Assembly: GCA_001599295.1 (NCBI GenBank)
Contig: BCGN01000006.1
Span: forward strand, 1,178,001-1,242,000
Reading direction: 5' to 3'
Length of the DNA stretch: 64,000 nucleotides
DNA from: Sporopachydermia quercuum
Lineage: Eukaryota
A program made the position numbers and the translations under genes. Positions 13,260 to 24,761 of this stretch are shown one piece after another. The notes beneath the pieces are model-generated. The model saw only the letters and a list, made by a program, of their open reading frames with translations, was not told where the DNA came from and ran no database searches. Each line of letters begins with the position of its first letter. Within the stretch, counting starts at the first letter, position 1.

Positions 13260-15791
13260 ATGACGGAAAAATTAGAAGAAAATTCAGTTCCTGCTTCAGT
13301 GCAGGTAATTGATGAGAATAAGGTGTTCAACACATCCATTCTAGACTATGTTAACAAAACAGGCCTTGGGAACAACGGATTGGCCTATCATTTGATCTCT
13401 GTCTTTGGTTCACAATCAACTGGTAAATCTACCCTTTTGAACGCTTTGTTCGGTACCAAATTTGATACAATGGATCAACAGCTCCGTAGACAACAGACAA
13501 CCAAAGGTATATGGATGGCTAATTCTAAGATCCATACAACTGATAAAAAGTTAAAATATGAAATAGATTCCGACTCTGAGAACAGTAATGGTGGAACGAA
13601 AGACTCCATTATCACTAAAACTACTGATATTGAGGATTCTGCTATTTTCGTTCTTGATGTTGAAGGCACTGATGGTCGCGAAAGAGGTGAAGATCAAGAT
13701 TTTGAGAGGAAAGCTGCCTTATTTGCTTTGTCCACTTCAGAGGTTCTCATTGTTAATCTATGGGAATCTCAAGTAGGTCTCTATCAAGGTGCTAATATGG
13801 CTTTACTGAAAACAGTTATGGAGGTGAATTTAGCTCTGTTTCATACAAATCGATACAGGTCTCTACTACTGTTTGTCATAAGAGACCATTTGGGTATAAC
13901 TCCTATTGAAAGCTTAGGTGAGACATTGACAGCAGATATACAGAAGATCTGGGATGGATTGAACAAACCTGCTGGATGTGAAGATGCTCAATTATCAGAT
14001 TTCTTTGATTTGCAATTTGTTGCATTGGCTCATAAAATCTTACAACCAGAAATATTCATCAGTGGCGTATTGGAACTACAAGAACGATTCACCAATTCAT
14101 CAAACGCTCAGTATGTTTTCAAACCTGAGTACCATCGTAAAGTCCCAATTGATGGCTGGCCGCTCTATGCAGGACAAATTTGGGAACAAATTGATCTAAA
14201 TAAGGATTTGGACTTGCCTACGCAGCAGGTTCTGGTTGCCCAGTTTAGATGTGAAGATCTTTCAAAGCAAGCTTACGAGCAATTCGAAAGTAAGCTGCAA
14301 GCCTCTCAAATATCAACATCTCCTTCTGTCTTAATTGAGGATTTAGGTTGGAAGGATCTGAAGTCGTTGAAAGATACTGCTTTGCAAGATTATGATGTCA
14401 ATGCTTCTAGATACACTAAGAGTGTGTATTTGGATAAACGATTACAGCTTGAAAACAAACTGGCAGGTAAACTAAGCACATTGTATCAACAACAGCTGAT
14501 ATTACTACGAAAAACTGCTTTTCATCTTTTCAATGACTCATTCCAGCAAAAGGTCTCAAGCGAATCAAACGTTTCTTTTGCTGAGCTATTGCAATTGGCT
14601 GAAAAGGAAGCAGTTGACTTTTTCGTTAATACTGCAGAGCCTGCTGCTTTAGAGAACAATTTATTCAGCTATGAAACAGTACTGAATGACCTACAAGAGC
14701 AAATCGATAGCACGAAGGTCGAGAAAACAAATAAGGAGTTGAAGTCAATTCAAGTGAAAACCAATAGGAAAATCAAGTCTCTGTTGAAGGAAATGGTGAT
14801 CCCTTACTTGATAGATCCAAAGAGCAACATGTGGAATGAAATAATAGCGAAATCCAATACTTTTCTCAATAAGGTTTTAGAAAAGTTTGCTGTAGCCGGT
14901 AATAGTTCTCCAGAAGATTCAAATGCTAATCCACAGTATGATTTAGGATTAGGACTGTCATCAGAAGAAAATACTGCTATTGTCCAAGCATTTAAACAAA
15001 CACTATGGGTTTCCTTAAGAGCTATTGTAGTTGGTTACTGCACCGAACAAAACGTTCTATCGGTCATCAAGGAGAAGTTTGAAGATAAATTTAGATATGA
15101 TGAAAATGGTATCCCTAGACTTTGGAAGAGGTCTGATGATATTGATGGAATCTTTGCTGTGGCAAAGGAGTCTGCATTGGCTCTACTGCCTTTGCTATCG
15201 ATTATGACTTATGAAAATGGGACTGAGGTTATTCCTGATATTGATTTGCCAGAAGGCAGTTATAAAGGAGAAAGTGTTGATGATGACTATGGAGATCAAG
15301 AAGGTGCTTATAGTATTAAAAACGACGATGATTCTGCACATTATGCTCATATACTTTCTGAGAATCAATTGAGCTCAATCGTTAGCAAATTCAAGAAACA
15401 AACAGAAGTAATTTTCGTCGAGGCTAAAAGAAGCACTATCCAAAGTATCTCTCAGATCCCTCTTTATATGTACCTTTTATTGGTCGTTCTTGGATGGAAT
15501 GAGTTTATGACAGTATTACGTAATCCGGTATTTTTCATCCTAGTGTTAATATTAGGAGCCACTGCTTATATTACTTACACTTTGAACCTTTGGGGACCTA
15601 TTATCAAAGTGACTGAAGCAATGACATCAGAAGCTGTGAATATTTCCAAGCAGAAGTTGAAGGACTTCCTTGATGATCATGATCTTGGAGGAGCAAAGAA
15701 GCCTGTAGCTGATGAAAGTGAAACTGTTGACAATATCGCATTAGATGACCTGAATAGCAAAGGTGAGAAAGTAGGTAAAAGTAGGGACTAA
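13260..15791 (+). CDS. SEY1: Dynamin-like ER fusion GTPase Sey1/RHD3
   Basis: GSQSTGKSTLLN, QTTKGIW, DVEGTDGRERGEDQDFERK; C-terminal TM hairpin LGWNEF. Confidence 0.97.
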   Translation: MTEKLEENSVPASVQVIDENKVFNTSILDYVNKTGLGNNGLAYHLISVFGSQSTGKSTLLNALFGTKFDTMDQQLRRQQTTKGIWMANSKIHTTDKKLKYEIDSDSENSNGGTKDSIITKTTDIEDSAIFVLDVEGTDGRERGEDQDFERKAALFALSTSEVLIVNLWESQVGLYQGANMALLKTVMEVNLALFHTNRYRSLLLFVIRDHLGITPIESLGETLTADIQKIWDGLNKPAGCEDAQLSDFFDLQFVALAHKILQPEIFISGVLELQERFTNSSNAQYVFKPEYHRKVPIDGWPLYAGQIWEQIDLNKDLDLPTQQVLVAQFRCEDLSKQAYEQFESKLQASQISTSPSVLIEDLGWKDLKSLKDTALQDYDVNASRYTKSVYLDKRLQLENKLAGKLSTLYQQQLILLRKTAFHLFNDSFQQKVSSESNVSFAELLQLAEKEAVDFFVNTAEPAALENNLFSYETVLNDLQEQIDSTKVEKTNKELKSIQVKTNRKIKSLLKEMVIPYLIDPKSNMWNEIIAKSNTFLNKVLEKFAVAGNSSPEDSNANPQYDLGLGLSSEENTAIVQAFKQTLWVSLRAIVVGYCTEQNVLSVIKEKFEDKFRYDENGIPRLWKRSDDIDGIFAVAKESALALLPLLSIMTYENGTEVIPDIDLPEGSYKGESVDDDYGDQEGAYSIKNDDDSAHYAHILSENQLSSIVSKFKKQTEVIFVEAKRSTIQSISQIPLYMYLLLVVLGWNEFMTVLRNPVFFILVLILGATAYITYTLNLWGPIIKVTEAMTSEAVNISKQKLKDFLDDHDLGGAKKPVADESETVDNIALDDLNSKGEKVGKSRD

Positions 15792-16121
15792 AAGATACAA
15801 TTGTTACTGTTGATTTATGACGATGGGAATGCTATAAATGCTAAGTGCATTAAATATTTTGGGTATATGCGGTTATAGTTAGCGCTGATGGCACTAGAAT
15901 GATGAAGAAGAAAAAACTTAATGTCTGATTTAGAAGCGATAGCTAATAGAAGCAATTAATGGCCTCTACGACAATTCTCTGATGACTCAGACTCTCTGAC
16001 GTTACATCTATAATTATTATTTTAATTTCCCTTATATCATACATAACCACGTATTTTTGTTTATCCAAACTGGTTCATTTCATCCGTTTCACGTTCTATT
16101 GCATCTTATTATTTCTACTCT

Positions 16122-17648
16122 TTATTCAATATTATGTAAATAACTTATTGCATTCCCAGAAACATTCTCAACTAACTGCAATCGATCTAAGTCAGGTTTA
16201 TTTGATCGAAAGGCTTTAATCATCTTATGGGGAATCTTCATTGTTTCAATATTCCATTCAGGTGTATCAACTTCAGCTATACAGTTTTCCACATATTGTA
16301 AAGCTCGTTTAGACGATATCATGTTATATGGAGAAATGGTGATTGGAAGTGCAATTTCTGCATCTTTGCCGGACGTGTGTGCTTTTACTACTAATTTATA
16401 GTCAATTGAGAATAAACTGGCTTTCGTAGTAAACCCAACCATACCTGTAAATGGTATTAGGCAATCTATCGATGAGAATGGATCAGGCGGCAGTAATTCA
16501 ATATTGCTGTCAGCACTAGAAGAATTGGTTGCTTTCGTAGTTGAATTACCACTATTTGTAGTGTCAGTACTGATGTTTGAAGATGAATGGCTTTCATGTT
16601 TATGCCTTCGTCGCTGTAGGTCTAATGGCATTATTAGTGACCATTTGAATCCTGAATAACTTAATACGCAATCCACAGTCTCTACAATTCGACTGATGAC
16701 AGTGGACTTTTCTATTGTGGCTTCTGATTTGGCATTCAAAGTAGCCACTTCTACCAATTCAAGCTCAATTGATTTTAGTATAATGTCCTTTGAGTTATTA
16801 GAGCCAAATTGAAAGGTGGATTTTTTCTTTGGGGATGTCGCAATATTCAGCTGTACTTGTAGGTTCACCATAATATTATCGTCAGGTCCATAGGCTTTCT
16901 TTGGAATACTAGCACTTATCACCGTGAAATTATCACTAGAACGACCATTAACAAATACTGGTACTCCGAATATTTGAAATAAAGGCAAGGTATCGAATCT
17001 CCTGATCATAATTGGAAACCGTGTTCTATTACGTATAGATATCTCACCTTGTAGAGCACTAACTTCTAAATAGTAAACAGATACTGCAGATCCATTGGCA
17101 AATCTCCCACTTGAAGGCACATTATCAGGTAAAATCATCGTAAAGGGAACATCAATAGCCGTTACAATTTCCATCTTCATACCCACAGGGGGTGAATAAG
17201 GTACTATATTATGTACTTCATAGTCTCTCGATACACGTCTTAGATGTGTTAGTTGGGTGTGGTGATAGATAGATAGATAGAGAAATAAAAATAGGAATAT
17301 ATTCACTAGCCCACAAAAACGTCTTGTTAAAAGTAATGACTTACTTGCTAGATGTATGTTTACCTCCTATTGATGACTCATATCTAATCAGTCGAATAGT
17401 AACAAGCCTCAGGAGAATAGGTTTCATGGCTTTGTCTCTGATTTTCAGTATACCTTCAATTCTTGGCTGAGAAAGTGTTAGCATAAACAAATAAGGATGA
17501 ACATAGAAGTAGGGAATTCCATTATTCCATTTCATTAACATACTACTGTAGAAGGAACACCAGGACATCCTTTCACAAGGTCTGTGTTGTTGATTCCTGG
17601 CTGTAGGATAAAATATAGACTGCCTTCATTAGAAGACGAGGATGACAT
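16122..17648 (-). CDS. Fungal arrestin-fold protein (S. pombe Art1-like), exons 17648-17544, 17466-17345, 17238-16122
   Basis: Spliced GCPGVPSTV|PRIEG, DVPF, YYLEV, RRFDTL, FTT..SLFSIDY, PITISP match the fungal arrestin-like family as recalled. Introns: GTATGT..TGCTAAC..CAG and GTAAGT..AACTAAC..AAG. Confidence 0.7.
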
Positions 17649-18647
17649 CTTAAAAACAAATTGATATTATATGATTCAACAGTTTCTGTTGAAATAGTTT
17701 CTGTGAAAGTAGTTTCTGTTTTTATTCCGGTTGCGGTCTCTTCTTCTGTTCGTTCAACCGTATACACAGACAAATCTTTCTGCTGACTTCTTTATGTGCG
17801 CTATGAATGTTGATACTATGTTGACAGTGCCGCTATAGTACTCAGAATAGGTCTAATGCTATTATTTACCATTTACAATTTATCATTTACTTTCATCGTT
17901 TCTCATAATTCAGTTCGCCGGGTATTATACGGATATTGTACTTCCTAGACCTTTTACTGATTTCTTCTGTCTATCTCGCTCGTAGGACAAAACGGTCTGC
18001 CAAAGGCCTATGATCCACGCATCAATATAGAGCAAACAGCACAGCCTGCAAATAACCGTCCCAATTTGACTTATAGTTAGATCGTAAGAGCAAGTATCAG
18101 CAACAATTGAGTATCTAGTAAGGAGAATCAGTCAATTAAATATATATAAGATGGCCACTAATCAGATGGTGAGAATGTTTTGCTCATTCAGCAATTCGAC
18201 ATGTGAGAAAGGAATTGGAATGGTTTCCGTTTTCCGCGATGATAAAGATATCTCGGAAACTATGTGAATAACGGTCATTATATAAAGGTTTCCGAAACTT
18301 CTTTCTGATAAGAATAGAGATGTCTATTATATTGCTACAGAAAAGTAGGAAATAAGGAAATAAATATGAGTTAACAGTCGTTGATGATGATATTCAAAGC
18401 TCCTTAGTTGGTTTTCACTGTTTGAATGGATTTACCTCTAGCTGGGGTTGCTGTAGAAAATGGCTGAAGGATCAAGTACCATGAATACTCTGTTTGCTCC
18501 ATTAAATATTCACTATTCATAATCAATATTTATATTCATTGAAGCATCTACAGCTTATGATGTAATGAAGAACAATTTTAGAAATAGAGTATATTTGAAA
18601 TTGAATATGATACATAAATAGAACACGACATTCGAATAAAAGACTAG

Positions 18648-18685
18648 CTTGGTTCGCTTGATTCGCCTGATTCGCCTGATTCGCA
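18648..18685. repeat. Short 9-nt tandem repeat (TGATTCGCC-like, about 4 copies)
   Basis: gcttggttcgcttgattcgcctgattcgcctgattcgc, downstream of the MCM7 stop. Confidence 0.8.
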
Positions 18686-18812
18686 GCTTCAATTTGATCA
18701 ATTTTGATCAAATAGTATACAACAGTTGAAAGTAGGATTGACACGACAAAGATGACGATCAGAATGATTATCAGTTAGTTAATGATACAGGTAAAAGAGA
18801 AGCAAAATCAGA

Positions 18813-21254
18813 TTATATTGAGATATTAGGATCGTCAAACAAATCATCATCCTCATCGTCTACCAGAAACTCTTCATCGACATTGATAAAAGAGAGTTTC
18901 CTGCCTTCATCAGCAACTTGCCAAATGTCCAATGTAGCATATTCGTTAATGGCTTCATTGATTTGTTGTTCAGTAAACCCACGGGCGATTGCTCTGTCCT
19001 TAATTGTCTTCATTGGTACAGAACTTCTTAATTTACCAGTAGCAGCGTCTTGCGCTAAATCCCTAATCAAACGATGAATCTTTGAAGTAGCTGACTGATC
19101 TTGTTCATTTCTATCATTACGCGTTCTTTGTAGTGAGTTCTTTGATACTTGTATCAGTCTCAAAGCTTCATCAACGTCTTCAAAAGACACTTTGTCGGAG
19201 AATCTCAATCTAGCTAATGCTTGACTGAATCTTAATACACCAAGTAACGTACGAGGAGTAACATGGCCGAAATGTTTCTGAGATCCTTCATTTCTCTTAT
19301 GTTCCTGTCTCATTTTAATATAACTATTGGTGATGTAATCGCCAACATCTTTTGGCAATGTAGGTCTGTGAGTACGAGCCAGAGATACAAATTGACGAAT
19401 GGTAGCTGAATCCAAACATTCAAAATCCATGTCGGGGTGTCTGTTATGCATATGAACATAAGCAACATGAGCAGCTAACCGTTCATCTTCCTCTCGTCCA
19501 GGAGTATCAAGCATTAGAAACAGAATATCAAATCTTGAGAGAAGAGCTGCTGGAAGATTGATATTTTCTATTGGTGATAACCGTGGATTATATCTTCCAT
19601 AAATAGGATTTGCAGCTGCTAAAATAGATGTTCTAGCATTTAGTGTGGTGGTGATACCAGCTTTGGAAATACTAATGGTTTGTTGTTCCATAACTTCATG
19701 AATAGCTGTTCTGTCAGTATCGTCCATCTTATCAAACTCATCAATACAACAGATACCATTATCAGCCAATACTAAAGCACCACCTTCTAATACCATTTCA
19801 TCAGTAATAGGGTCTCTCATTACAGCTGCTGTCAAACCAACTCCTGATGAACCTTTACCAGTTGTATACACTCCTCTTGGAGCGATTTTAGATATTGACT
19901 TCATTAACTGTGATTTTGCCACACCAGGATCACCCATAAGACAAATATTAATGTCACCTCTGATCTTCATACCATCCCCCATTTCTTTACTAACTCCACC
20001 TACTAGTAATAAGAGAAGGGCTTTCTTAACATCTTCTTGACCATAGATTTCAGGAGCAATTGACTTTGCTAATCTCTCATAAATGTTTCCTTGCATTCTG
20101 AGCTCATTGATTCTGTGTACTGTTTCTTGGCTCATTTCAAGAGTCTCCTGATTATATTTCTTCTTGAATTGGTGAATGTATTGAGCTTCAAGATAAGTTT
20201 CAGTTAGAAGCCCTGCTTTTAAAGCTTTGAATCCTGTATATGGAGATGGCAAAAAGATACCGGTGACATCAATAATATCACCAGGGTTCATTGACCGTAC
20301 TAAATTACCATTAACATGGATATTCAACGTACGTGGGATATGACCAATCGGTACTTGATCCGTCATTTCTTGAACTTTTACTTCTTGAAAAGGAGAGAAT
20401 TTTGATGCTCTGGTGGACATGAATAGTTTACCTTTTGTTTGATTGTTTCTACATTGATCTGAGGGACAATCAACTAAAGGTGTAAAAGTTCTGCCATTGA
20501 CTTCTTGGAAGATTTCATAGCCACACTTATCACATGTGTAAGCACTGACAGATACTGCTGGTTTCACATCAGAAACACGAGTGACAATACCTCTAATAGT
20601 AATTAATCTACCCAAATGTTCAGCCTTAACTTCACGGACAGCCATTGCTTTATATCCACCTTTATAGATATCAGTCAATGGTTTGAAATACAAGCAATAT
20701 CTTCGAGTTAATAGAGCAGGAAATCCGTCTTCAGAGGCTCCTGGAATGCCTGAAGTAGAAGGATTGCCTTCAGGATCTGTAACTGACATTCCATATCGGA
20801 AGGCATTCATTTCATCACGTTGATCTTCTTCCATTCGTTTATTTCGAAGTTTTCTCTGATGGACAATAACGTCTATAACATCATCTTTGTAAGTTATATC
20901 TTCAGTTGGTTCAGGAAGTAGCTCATCAATACATCGAGAGAACAATTCAATATATCTATAAGCATTCTCGTTAACTCTATCGCATAAACTGAAACGAGAG
21001 CCTGTTTCTGCCTCAAACGTTTTCACGTCATCTAGTTCAATATAAACAGTTGAGACTTTTCTATCGGCAACCTGTTGAAGAAGGTGCATATACTTTGGAG
21101 CAAACAGTGATTTTTCTGTTTCTTTGTCAAGGTCGAGATTGTCTAAACCAATATCAATATCAGAGACTGAGCTTTTGAAATTTTCAAGGAAATCACGTAT
21201 TTTGGAAGTGATTTCCTCGTAGTTGATGTTCAAAGAAATAGCTGGTAATGACAT
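18813..21254 (-). CDS. MCM7: Replicative helicase subunit Mcm7
   Basis: Zn finger CDKC...[15 protein letters not shown] Walker A, IDEFDKM MCM box, SRFD Arg finger; Mcm7-type [10 protein letters not shown]. Confidence 0.97.
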   Translation of the reverse strand: MSLPAISLNINYEEITSKIRDFLENFKSSVSDIDIGLDNLDLDKETEKSLFAPKYMHLLQQVADRKVSTVYIELDDVKTFEAETGSRFSLCDRVNENAYRYIELFSRCIDELLPEPTEDITYKDDVIDVIVHQRKLRNKRMEEDQRDEMNAFRYGMSVTDPEGNPSTSGIPGASEDGFPALLTRRYCLYFKPLTDIYKGGYKAMAVREVKAEHLGRLITIRGIVTRVSDVKPAVSVSAYTCDKCGYEIFQEVNGRTFTPLVDCPSDQCRNNQTKGKLFMSTRASKFSPFQEVKVQEMTDQVPIGHIPRTLNIHVNGNLVRSMNPGDIIDVTGIFLPSPYTGFKALKAGLLTETYLEAQYIHQFKKKYNQETLEMSQETVHRINELRMQGNIYERLAKSIAPEIYGQEDVKKALLLLLVGGVSKEMGDGMKIRGDINICLMGDPGVAKSQLMKSISKIAPRGVYTTGKGSSGVGLTAAVMRDPITDEMVLEGGALVLADNGICCIDEFDKMDDTDRTAIHEVMEQQTISISKAGITTTLNARTSILAAANPIYGRYNPRLSPIENINLPAALLSRFDILFLMLDTPGREEDERLAAHVAYVHMHNRHPDMDFECLDSATIRQFVSLARTHRPTLPKDVGDYITNSYIKMRQEHKRNEGSQKHFGHVTPRTLLGVLRFSQALARLRFSDKVSFEDVDEALRLIQVSKNSLQRTRNDRNEQDQSATSKIHRLIRDLAQDAATGKLRSSVPMKTIKDRAIARGFTEQQINEAINEYATLDIWQVADEGRKLSFINVDEEFLVDDEDDDLFDDPNISI

Positions 21255-21766
21255 GGTCTCTTTGCTTAGTGATCTATGCTTCTCCAATCAATATATTGTT
21301 AATATGCCAATAATTGAGTCTCGTCAATGACACTTTATATCACGCCCCACGATTAAGAAAGAAAGAAAGTAAGATGAATTTGACGTATTTAGTAGGAGTC
21401 AAATCAATAAATCTTGACGTTGTATCTGAATATCTCCACCTTTTCATTCCCAAGGTACCTGTTTTATGGTAAAGCCTGGCGATACTATCTCTCGAGTCGT
21501 AAGATAACGATTGGCCTGGTCCTTTCTTGACTGTTAGTAGATACCTCGCATGCTTCGTTACTGAACAAACGATTTACAGATACCAAAAGCAGTTCAAGTT
21601 TCATAACACAGCTAACAGCAAACAATGGAAATAATAGAATAACAAAGTCAGTAGCACTTGGAAATGACATCCCTATTTGATAATGAATAAGCTCTTTCAA
21701 TTTCTTGGTTTAGTTGAACCATTGAATACAAGATTTTACTTGAAAGGGAAATCTTTCATCAAAAGT

Positions 21767-21810
21767 ACGCGTTTCAGGTTAAAGTTTTCGGCGGTACGCG
21801 TCGAACGCGT
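21767..21810. promoter_or_regulatory. Cluster of three MCB elements upstream of MCM7
   Basis: ACGCGT at 21767, 21796 and 21805 in otherwise CpG-poor DNA. Confidence 0.75.
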
Positions 21811-22347
21811 TCAAAACAATAACGGAAATAATTATAATTATTACTGGCATTATTGTTTCCGATATATCATCGAACTTCATTTGGTGAGGTCGCGATGGAG
21901 AAATAAAAGCTGCCACTAAATACAGCTTACAATTAATTTTGCAGGAAGAATAAAATCTATGTCTCAATGATAATACATTTTCGCCCTTAGAACTGTAGAA
22001 AGAATATTGTTTTTCTTTTTTGTTTTTTCACGGGGGGGAACCGACTACGCAATACTTTGACGAAAGATTTACGTGAGACACATGGCACAACGAACTGAAG
22101 CACCAGAGGACCCAAGTGATAATCAATTACGAGAAATAGTTGATTCATTCCTAGTTCGATCATTTTTAAAAAAGCTAATGCTTCTTGAAATCAGCGAATC
22201 ACAATTGTTTGATGACAAATAATAGTTGACTACAAATAAAAATAATGGTTACAGTATCACATATCAAATAATTAATTCATATATGCATACTTGAGTTCAA
22301 CGCTTGAGGTAACGAAGAAGCGTAGTTTAGCTATTTTGCCAAAACGC

Positions 22348-22945
22348 TTACTCGTAGATCCAAGAGAAGATGGAAGGCTTGTATTCAACAAGCTCTTCCT
22401 TCTTGAACCACAAACCGATTTCCTTTTGAGCAGATTCAACAGAGTCGGAACCGTGGGCAACGTTTCTACCGACATCAATGGCGAAATCACCACGGATAGT
22501 ACCAGGGGCAGATTGTAAAGGATTGGTGGCACCCAAGATAGCTCTACCTTGCTTGACAACGTCCTTACCTTCCCAGACAGTAGCCAAAACAGGACCAGAG
22601 GTCATGTACTTCAACAAAGAAGGGAAGAAAGGCTTGGAAGTCAAGTCAGCATAGTGTTCCTTCAATAATTCTTCGGAAGGAGTGGTAAGCTTGATAGCAA
22701 CAAGCTTGAATCCACGTTGCTCGAATCTTCCAATGATGGGAGAAATGAGACCTCTTTGGACTCCATCGGGCTTAATTTCTAAGTTAGTTGATGTTTTCTA
22801 TAATTTCACTAATTTCTCAACCAATTTCTCTCTTAGAATCTCAAAAGTTTTGAGAATCAATCGATTTAGGAGCTCTCAGATGGCTGTTGTTCAATTGCCG
22901 ATCTCAACTTACCTTGATAGCAATAAAAGTTCTTTCGTCAGCCAT
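22348..22945 (-). CDS. YNK1: Nucleoside diphosphate kinase, exons 22945-22913 and 22770-22348
   Basis: [41 protein letters not shown] catalytic His. Intron 22912-22771 (GTAAGT...AACTAAC...AAG). Confidence 0.96.
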
Positions 22946-24761
22946 TGTTGAATATGTTGAAAAATCTTATCTAGTTGTTCAGATACGGATTAAGTGTTCG
23001 AAATAAATCAAATTGAAAACCTGCTTGTATTAGATCCCCAATAACTTCTATCGAATCTACAGAGGAAAAAGAAGAAGAAATTGAAAGTTTGAGCCCAGCA
23101 CTGGAAAATCCGCATTTCCCACCAACTTTTCAGTTTGTATGGTGGAACCTTTGTTATACATTTTAATTGTACTGAAAAGTTTTGCACCCAAACTTCAGTG
23201 ACAGAAACACATGTGATCTGGTGGTGTCAGGGAAGAGACATCTGCTATGAGACAAGATTCGATCTATTGCTAGGAACATAGAATAATAAAATACCTATAT
23301 AGCAAAAGGAATTCGAGAAAAGAGAGAAAATGAGAAAATATTTTCTGTTTTTGATATTTTCTCATATCTAGATGTACCAAAAATACAAATTGAGTGTCCT
23401 TTTGAAAAATTGAAGGGCCACCGTGGTTACTCCGTTGTTATTCGTCTTCCAAAAGTACATATTTTCAAGCATATGCAGGTGACTTTGAAAAGGAGAGAAA
23501 AAACGTGATTTTAATGACTTGTACGTGATAAAAGCAAAAGTGGCTACTGTTATGGATACTGTTATCGATTTTTCCAGTAGTAGCCTAATTAAAATAAATC
23601 ACTAATCAGTAGAATTCTAAATTATTGATACAGGTCATTTGATTCTGTTCTGTGAATTTGAAATAAGTACTATACTATTTTTCACTATTGCTTGAACTTA
23701 CATGAACGTGCTGATGCTCATCTTCCAAATCGGTCAGCATTTAATTACAATGTGATTCAGAAGTTGGAGAATAATAGGGAAGCTTTGGGAGCAGTGACTC
23801 AATAATTCTGAATTCAGAGAGATTTCAATCTCTTATAGAGGATCTAACTAGAATCTAGATTTTCAGAATTGCATTCTAGAGTCCGTGTTTTACTTAAATT
23901 CATGATACATTGTAAATGCTTTACCCTTTTACACCACTCGTAAAAGCGAACTTTGTTCGTTCGTTGATACCTATAGCTCAACACTTCTGTTACATTTCAT
24001 CCTCAATAGCAGCATTTCCGTCATCATTAGTATGATATTAATGCAAGCCACTCACTGCCTACAAAACTCAAGAAGAAATACTATTAAAAATAATAATAAT
24101 ACTCCGTTAGACCATTAGGCCATTAGAACTAAAAAGAACAAGCACCCCATCATAACCATTTATCCAATATTTTAAAGTTCACCAGACTACATGAAAAACT
24201 CACCTTTAATGGAAATTATTTCAATTATCACTTATGAGACTTTCAATGAGCAAGTACCTTTTTCCAAACATCTTGGCTATGATCAAACAAACAAGACTGA
24301 CAAGAATTATCTACAATTCAACTTTTTATCACTTATTGCCAACTACTTAGCCAAAGTCAAACTGCCTGCGAAACGATCAACTTTCAGTATTAATTGATCC
24401 AAATGCCCTATCCGGGTATACTCAAGGCCCAAACAAAAATGACCCGATGTGAATGGAAGAAACTTTAATCAGAAATTCTTAGAACAAACCCCAGAAATGA
24501 AGCTAGTAGGAAGGTGTTTCTACTGAAATTATATTATATCTTAACCTCCTGCATAATTGAATTCCTACAATGCCAGTAGTTGTTGATACTCTAACAAAGT
24601 AGAGCATTACTGGTGTCAAAGACAGAACAAATCGAGTTTATGGGTTCGCAAGTAGTAAGGTTAACGAGTATTATCATATAACAAAGCCCCTGAGACTAGC
24701 GAAGGTAGAACTCGAGGAAGTGAAAACTAAAAGAAAGTAATAATAAACACAAGGGAAGAAA

